Assembly: GCA_002269645.1 (NCBI GenBank) | Contig: NIVC01000444.1 | Location: 1 to 25,680, forward strand | Source: Macrostomum lignano | Lineage: Eukaryota | Length of the DNA stretch: 25,680 bases | Direction of reading: 5' to 3' | Shown here: positions 1-25,680 of the stretch, piece after piece | How the letters are laid out: every line of letters starts with the position of its first letter | How positions within the stretch are numbered: the stretch's first letter is position 1 | Notes under the pieces: model-generated | Databases searched by the model: none | Told to the model about the DNA's origin: nothing | The model's input: only the letters and a program-made list of their open reading frames with translations | Made by a program: the position numbers and the translations under genes

Positions 1-75
1 CAAAAGCTCCCATCGTCCCCTCCATCTCCCAAGCCGTCATCTATCTCGGAGCTCCGCAGCTCCTGTCCCACCCTT

Positions 76-80
<5 letters not shown>

Positions 81-108
<28 letters not shown>
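81..108. repeat. (CT)14 microsatellite in a pyrimidine-rich tract
   Basis: Read directly from the sequence; a shorter (CT)n lies at ~2107-2124. Confidence 0.95.
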
Positions 109-110
<2 letters not shown>

Positions 111-724
111 GGAGGCCATTGATGCGACTTCCCTTCTCCTCTACTGTGTCTATCCGGCTGAGCTTCAGTGACTTCTCCACCAAAAGCTCCACTGCAGCAG
201 CACCATATGCTGAATAGAATAGGGGCTGCGGAGAATGGGACAACGGCCCCTCACCCCAACTGGCTCGTGTGTTTCGGCCAGTCCAAACTCCACAGTATAA
301 TATACGCAGCCTCCAAGCTCCATCCAGCGATTCTGAGCAACTAACCTCACTCACTCAAAGGCCAGGCCTCATCGCAGTTGCTACCCCGCCGCCGTGTAAT
401 ATACTCGTAGCAACTGAGTTGCTTAGCTATAAAAAAACAGGAACTGCCAGCAAGGCATTGAAAAAGTCTTGAAAGGCCTCATTATGCGAGTATTAAACTC
501 CTATTGTGAGCCGGAGAGCACAATGTCTCCAGCACGTGATGAGGCGCTGCTCATTTTTTTATTCATGACGCTTTTTGGATTCTGTCGACTGAAATGATTT
601 GATGCTTTGAACTAGCAGCAGAACTTTAATGCGATTTCTGTAATTGGTTAAGTAGCAATTGTCAAACAGCTAGGCAGGACAGTGACGAAGGAATTGTACT
701 AAAGAAATTATTTACTCTCTAGAC

Positions 725-1453
725 TGACCTTGAACCATTGGCGTTGTGACTTTGAGTTATCGAAGGTGTGACCTTGAACTATTGATGGTTGACATCAACC
801 TATCGATGATGTGACCTTGAACTATCGATGATATGACCTTGAACTATCGATGGTGTGACCTTGAACGGTCGATGATGTGACCTTGAACTTTCGGTGATGT
901 GTGACCTTGAACTATCGATGATGTGATTTTGAACTATCGATGATATGACCTTGAACTATCGATGGTGTGACCTTGAACTGTCGATGGTGGGACCTTGAAC
1001 TATCGATGGTGTGACCTTGAACTGTCGATGGTGGGACCTTGAACTTTCGATGACGTGACCTTGAACTATCGATGATGTGATTTTGAACTATCGATGATAT
1101 GACCTTGAACTATCGATGGTGTGACCTTGAACTATCGATGATATGACCTTGAACTTTCGGTGATGTGTGACCTTGAACTATCGATGATGTGATTTTGAAC
1201 TATCGATGATGTGACCTTGAACTATCGATGGTGTGACCTTGAACTGTCGATGGTGGACCTTGAACTATCGATGACGTGACCTTGAACTATCGATGATGTG
1301 ACCTTGAACTATCGATGATGTGACCTTGAACTATTGATGATGTGACCTTGAACTATCGATGACGTGACCTTGAACTATCGATGATGTGACCTTGAACTAT
1401 CGATGATGTGACCTTGAACGGTCGATGATGTGACCTTGAATTATCGATGATGT
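725..1453. repeat. 22-bp minisatellite, consensus TGACCTTGAACTATCGATGATG, ~33 copies
   Basis: Tandem units read directly, with point variants. Confidence 0.95.
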
Positions 1454-1667
1454 GGCCCAGAAATCCGACGTTTTAAACTTAATGCAAATTGCAATCTGGA
1501 ACTTTGATTGCAAAGATTGTGAAAATTTTAAATTTTGCAGCAACCGCTGTATGCATCCATATCATTATGCATCTAGCTTAACTCAAAACTTGTCGTTTTA
1601 CGAATTCTTCAGCCACGTCTGAAGTGCACTGTTTGCGTATCAAAATTATTGCATGTATCATTTGTAG

Positions 1668-2457
1668 ACGGTGGGCAAAAAGCGTTGGGAGGAGCGGTGA
1701 AAGTGGGATAGAGAATTGGGATAAGGCTGCCTCCGTTTCACTCGAATCCCCAACTGATTCTCCCTCCCCCAGTCGCCGCCCGCTGTCTCCCGCTGAGCAC
1801 AGGAAAAAGCCCCGCTGCACAGGCTTTCAAAGCGAAGAAGAAAAGTGAGCTCGGCCTAAAAGGAGGGACAGGGGAAATGAGGGAGGGGAGAATGCAGACG
1901 CGGACCGACAGGAAGAGGGCGGCTCAGTAACTGACGGGGCGGAGGGGTAGCGTAGCGGCCTGAGGAGCCCGCCATCTGGATATGAGTACTCTGAAGTGCG
2001 CTGCTGGAGAAGAGGGAAAGGAAGAAAGCAGTGGGATAGGGAGAGGAACGAGGGGAGAAAAGACTCTGAGGCTACAGCAGGGAGACTTGGATGAGGTCGG
2101 TCGGCTCCTCTCTCTCTCTCTCTCAATTCTCTTCCCTTTGCAAAATATCCCCGCTCAAATCCGTGCTCAGCAACTGCAAGGGAGGGGAGGGGACGGTGGG
2201 CTCAGCGTTGCCTTCCACAACGCAGCCTCCTCATTCTCAGTTCATCTGCCGCGGCCTGCGTGACCATGATGAGTCAGGCTGGGAGCTCTTAATCCTCTCC
2301 GGCGGCCCAGAATTCGTCAGACCCCCCCCCCCAGTCTCCTCCTCAGCCGGGCTGCAGCCACCCCAGCTCGGGTCTTCTTAAGAAGCGGCTCAGACTGCCA
2401 GCCGCCTCCAGTTGCTCATTGATTTCTTGCCAATCGCGAGAGGAGACGCTACGGATA
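1668..2457 (+). other. Candidate plus-strand spliced transcript: exons 1668-1844 and 2241-2457 (non-coding, UTR or short CDS end)
   Basis: Acceptors catttgtag| (1667) and cattctcag| (2240); donors GTGAGC (1845) and GTAAGT (2458). The first exon is an open 59-codon Ser/Pro-rich frame, but the joined frame stops near 2291. Confidence 0.25.
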
Positions 2458-3235
2458 TGTAAGTACTTGAAGCCGCAGTTCTTCGGTATTTCCCTGTATC
2501 TAAGCTATTCGAAAATGACGACTAACAACAGCATAAATTTTCGCCCGTCACCGAACCTCGTTCCTCTGGGTTGAGATTTGCTGCTCAAAGTCTCGGGCTG
2601 GGCTGAACCCTAACTTCCTTGTCAATTTTTACTTTCTTCTTAAGCAATAGTTTCGGCTTAGAAAGTAAAATTGACCAGGTGTTTGGACAGTCTGGCTGGC
2701 GATAAGATCACAACCTAAATGAATGAGGGGCGGTGGCAGTTCAGTCTAATTGGGCCAATCTGCATCTGTACTGCCCCCCCGTTTCAATAACTGCCGCAAA
2801 TATTTTAATTGCCCATTTACTGTTTTTTAAATATACTGTAGATAAAAAACTTGCCAATTGTTTTACTAATTAATTGACTGAGCCCAATTGTCATTTTGTT
2901 ATTTTGTTTTATTCTATTTGCGATTTAGATTCAAATTCGTAATCTATTTACCCATAGAACTCATATAGGTTGTATAAGCAAATGAGGTAAATAAAACCGG
3001 TTCTCTATTTAGCCTAGCAGTTTAAAACAAACTTCTAGCAGTTATAATTTTAGCACAGCGCGTACCATTACAACTGTATATTTATGGATAGTGCCAAGTG
3101 CCCAGCATTTCCATAGTGTGCTTCAGCTGGTGCATATGAACAAAGCAAAATAGACACAATTTCAAACGGGACGATAGCGGGATAGCGAGTGGATTTTTCT
3201 AGGACAAGAAAGCGAACGGCAGTCACATAACAATT

Positions 3236-3241
3236 TTTATT
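3236..3241 (-). promoter_or_regulatory. Candidate AATAAA poly(A) signal of the WD40 gene
   Basis: Plus strand tttatt; I found no earlier AATAAA or ATTAAA on the minus strand between the stop at 4279 and this site. Confidence 0.35.
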
Positions 3242-3260
3242 ATCAGCTTAATGTGAAACT

Positions 3261-3762
3261 GTCTGTGACGGGGAGGGGTAGAGCTGGGCAAGGGTCTGTG
3301 ACGGGAGGGGTAGAGCTGGGCAAGGGTCTGTGGCGGGGAAGGGTAGAGCTGGGCAAGGGTCTGTGGCGGGGAGGGGTAGAGCTGGGGTAGGGTTTGTGAC
3401 GGGGAGGGGTAGATCTGGGGAAGGGTCTGTGACGGGGTGGGGTAGAGCTGGGGAAGGGTCTGTGACGGGGAGGGGTAGATCTGGGGAAGGGTCTGTGACG
3501 GGGAGGGGTAGATCTGGGGAAGGGTCTGTGACGGGGAGGGGAAGAGCTGGGGAAGGGTCTGTGGCGGGGTGGGGTAGAGCTGGGGAAGGGTCTGTGACGG
3601 GGAGGGGTAGATCTGGGGAAGGGTCTGTGGCGGGGAGGGGTAGAGCTGGGGAAGGGTCTGTGGCGGGGAGGGGTAGAGCTGGGGAAGGGTCTGTGGCGGG
3701 GAGGGGTAGAGCTGGGGAAGGGTCTGTGGCGGGGAGGGGTGGAGCTGGGGAAGGATCTGGGG
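3261..3762. repeat. 33-bp G-rich minisatellite GGGTCTGTGACGGGGAGGGGTAGAGCTGGGGAA, ~15 copies, G-quadruplex-prone on the + strand
   Basis: Four G3-G4 runs per unit; 11-aa periodic ORFs in the track. Confidence 0.95.
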
Positions 3763-4278
3763 CAGATTTTGGTGATACTCGTAGTTTGTAATGGTGGTGG
3801 AGCAGAGCCAACACAGGTTGCTATCACACGGGGCAAGCTGCACTCCTTCAAGAATCCAGTGCAAGAAAAAGGAGCCGGTTATGTAGTCAGAAATCGTATA
3901 AATAAGCAAAGTAAAAAATACACAATTTCAAGACACGCACACAAACGAGGCACTGTTATAAAAAATTAATAAAAAAGAGATCGTAAGTTTATCGATGCGC
4001 AAGCGAAACCAGTCTCAAGGATTCCAAACAAAAAAATGCCCGAATGAGCGCAGAAATCAGGGCAGTTGCAAAAGACAAAACAATTTCTAACTGACACTGT
4101 CTTGTTGTCAGTTCAGCTTCAACTGTAGCAGCAGCGAAGGGTTTTCCATCCAGCCTACTAAAGCGGATGATGCAAGTGTAAAAGCCTGTATTGAAAGCGG
4201 CAAAGCTAATTTTCAACGCAAGAGCATCTGCGTCAGGTTGAACTCAAAGTAGTAACTGATTTTGTCCTCAGTAACGGC

Positions 4279-14316
<10,038 letters not shown>

Positions 14317-14611
14317 TTCCTGTTTCCTTTTCAGAAAATCTTTGTCGATTATTATTAATGTTTTTCTTAAGTCTTCGATGTGCCTTAAGCCTTAAGTCTT
14401 AAGTTTTCATTTCGTTGTCGCTTTTTTATGACCTCACTGATAAATAATTTTCATGAAGATCATAAGTGTTTTTTATGTTGTTGTTGAATTTTTCGCATTG
14501 CTTAGTAAACAGTTATATTAATTATCATATTGCATATTAGGAAATGTTATCAAGGTTAATCTGTTTGCTGATTGAGGTCCCGCTCCAGGTAAATTTTATG
14601 AATTAAAGTAA

Positions 14612-14621
14612 TTTATTTATT
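14612..14621 (-). promoter_or_regulatory. Overlapping AATAAA poly(A) signals, candidate 3' end of the LamG/EGF gene
   Basis: Plus strand tttatttatt; first canonical hexamer on the minus strand after the last predicted coding exon. Confidence 0.45.
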
Positions 14622-14827
14622 TCTGCAATATGACAAATTCGAAGCGATTTCGTTAGTGGGTTAGATTTTGCAGCATGTGACTTGAAATGTACACTACTTG
14701 CGTAGTTGATCATGTCGATTAGCCAGAGCAAATCTAATTATTTAAAGCATTTCTCAATCCACCGAATCGTTGCAGGCACGAATGTTAATAAATCAAAGTT
14801 GATAATTAATAAGAAACCATCCATAAC

Positions 14828-14992
14828 TCCTCTCTATGCTCGTAACCCCCATACACGCCATACCCTCCTTAATCGCCATACCCGCCATACCCTCCATGCC
14901 TGCCATACCCTCCATACTTAATATGCCTGATATCCTGCATACCTTCTATAACCTCCCATATCCTGCACTCCCTCCGTACCCTCCACATACTC
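14828..14992. repeat. Degenerate CATACC-rich low-complexity tract
   Basis: Repeated CCATACCCTCC-like words; lies in the probable 3' UTR of the LamG/EGF gene. Confidence 0.6.
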
Positions 14993-15059
14993 AACACAAC
15001 TCAAGCTCAATTCCAATCCAAGCCATGTTTTAGCGTGGCAAAGCGTCAGTTAATAAAAA

Positions 15060-25585
<10,526 letters not shown>

Positions 25586-25680
25586 CTGGGAAGTTGAAGC
25601 AGTTTGAGCAAAATGCACCACTTCTCTTGCTCTTGTTTGATTTTATAATTTTGGTCGCTAGGCAGTTTAAAACACGATTC

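Noticed and set aside
3223-3909. Pro-rich extensin-like ORFs
   Set aside because: Stop-free readings of the 33-bp G-rich array in several frames at once.

Overview
Eukaryotic (metazoan) genomic DNA with GC-rich exons and introns largely filled by tandem repeats (about 10.8 kb, ~42% of the window). The style resembles the flatworm Macrostomum lignano, but this is inference from composition only. Manual splice reconstruction gives two minus-strand genes in tandem. (1) A 5'-truncated single-pass neurexin-superfamily-like LamG/EGF membrane protein (about 10 exons, 25585->~15060, ~1185 aa in the window). It carries four atypical 8-cysteine EGF repeats and six single-base deletions, most likely long-read consensus errors. 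(2) An apparently complete 6-exon, ~660-aa protein (14316->4279) with a disordered Gly/Ala/Gln N-terminal half, about 8 WD40 blades and a C-terminal GQTIDEV tail. A weak plus-strand spliced-transcript candidate lies at 1668-2457. Almost all long ORFs in the supplied track are artefacts of minisatellites. There is no rRNA, tRNA, CRISPR array or coding transposon. The most interesting signals are the 8-Cys EGF variant, sense-strand (GTNA)n microsatellites that read as 5'-splice-site decoys, the one-intron-one-satellite architecture, a possible operon junction between the two genes, and a DINE/Helentron-like element in intron 1 of the WD40 gene.
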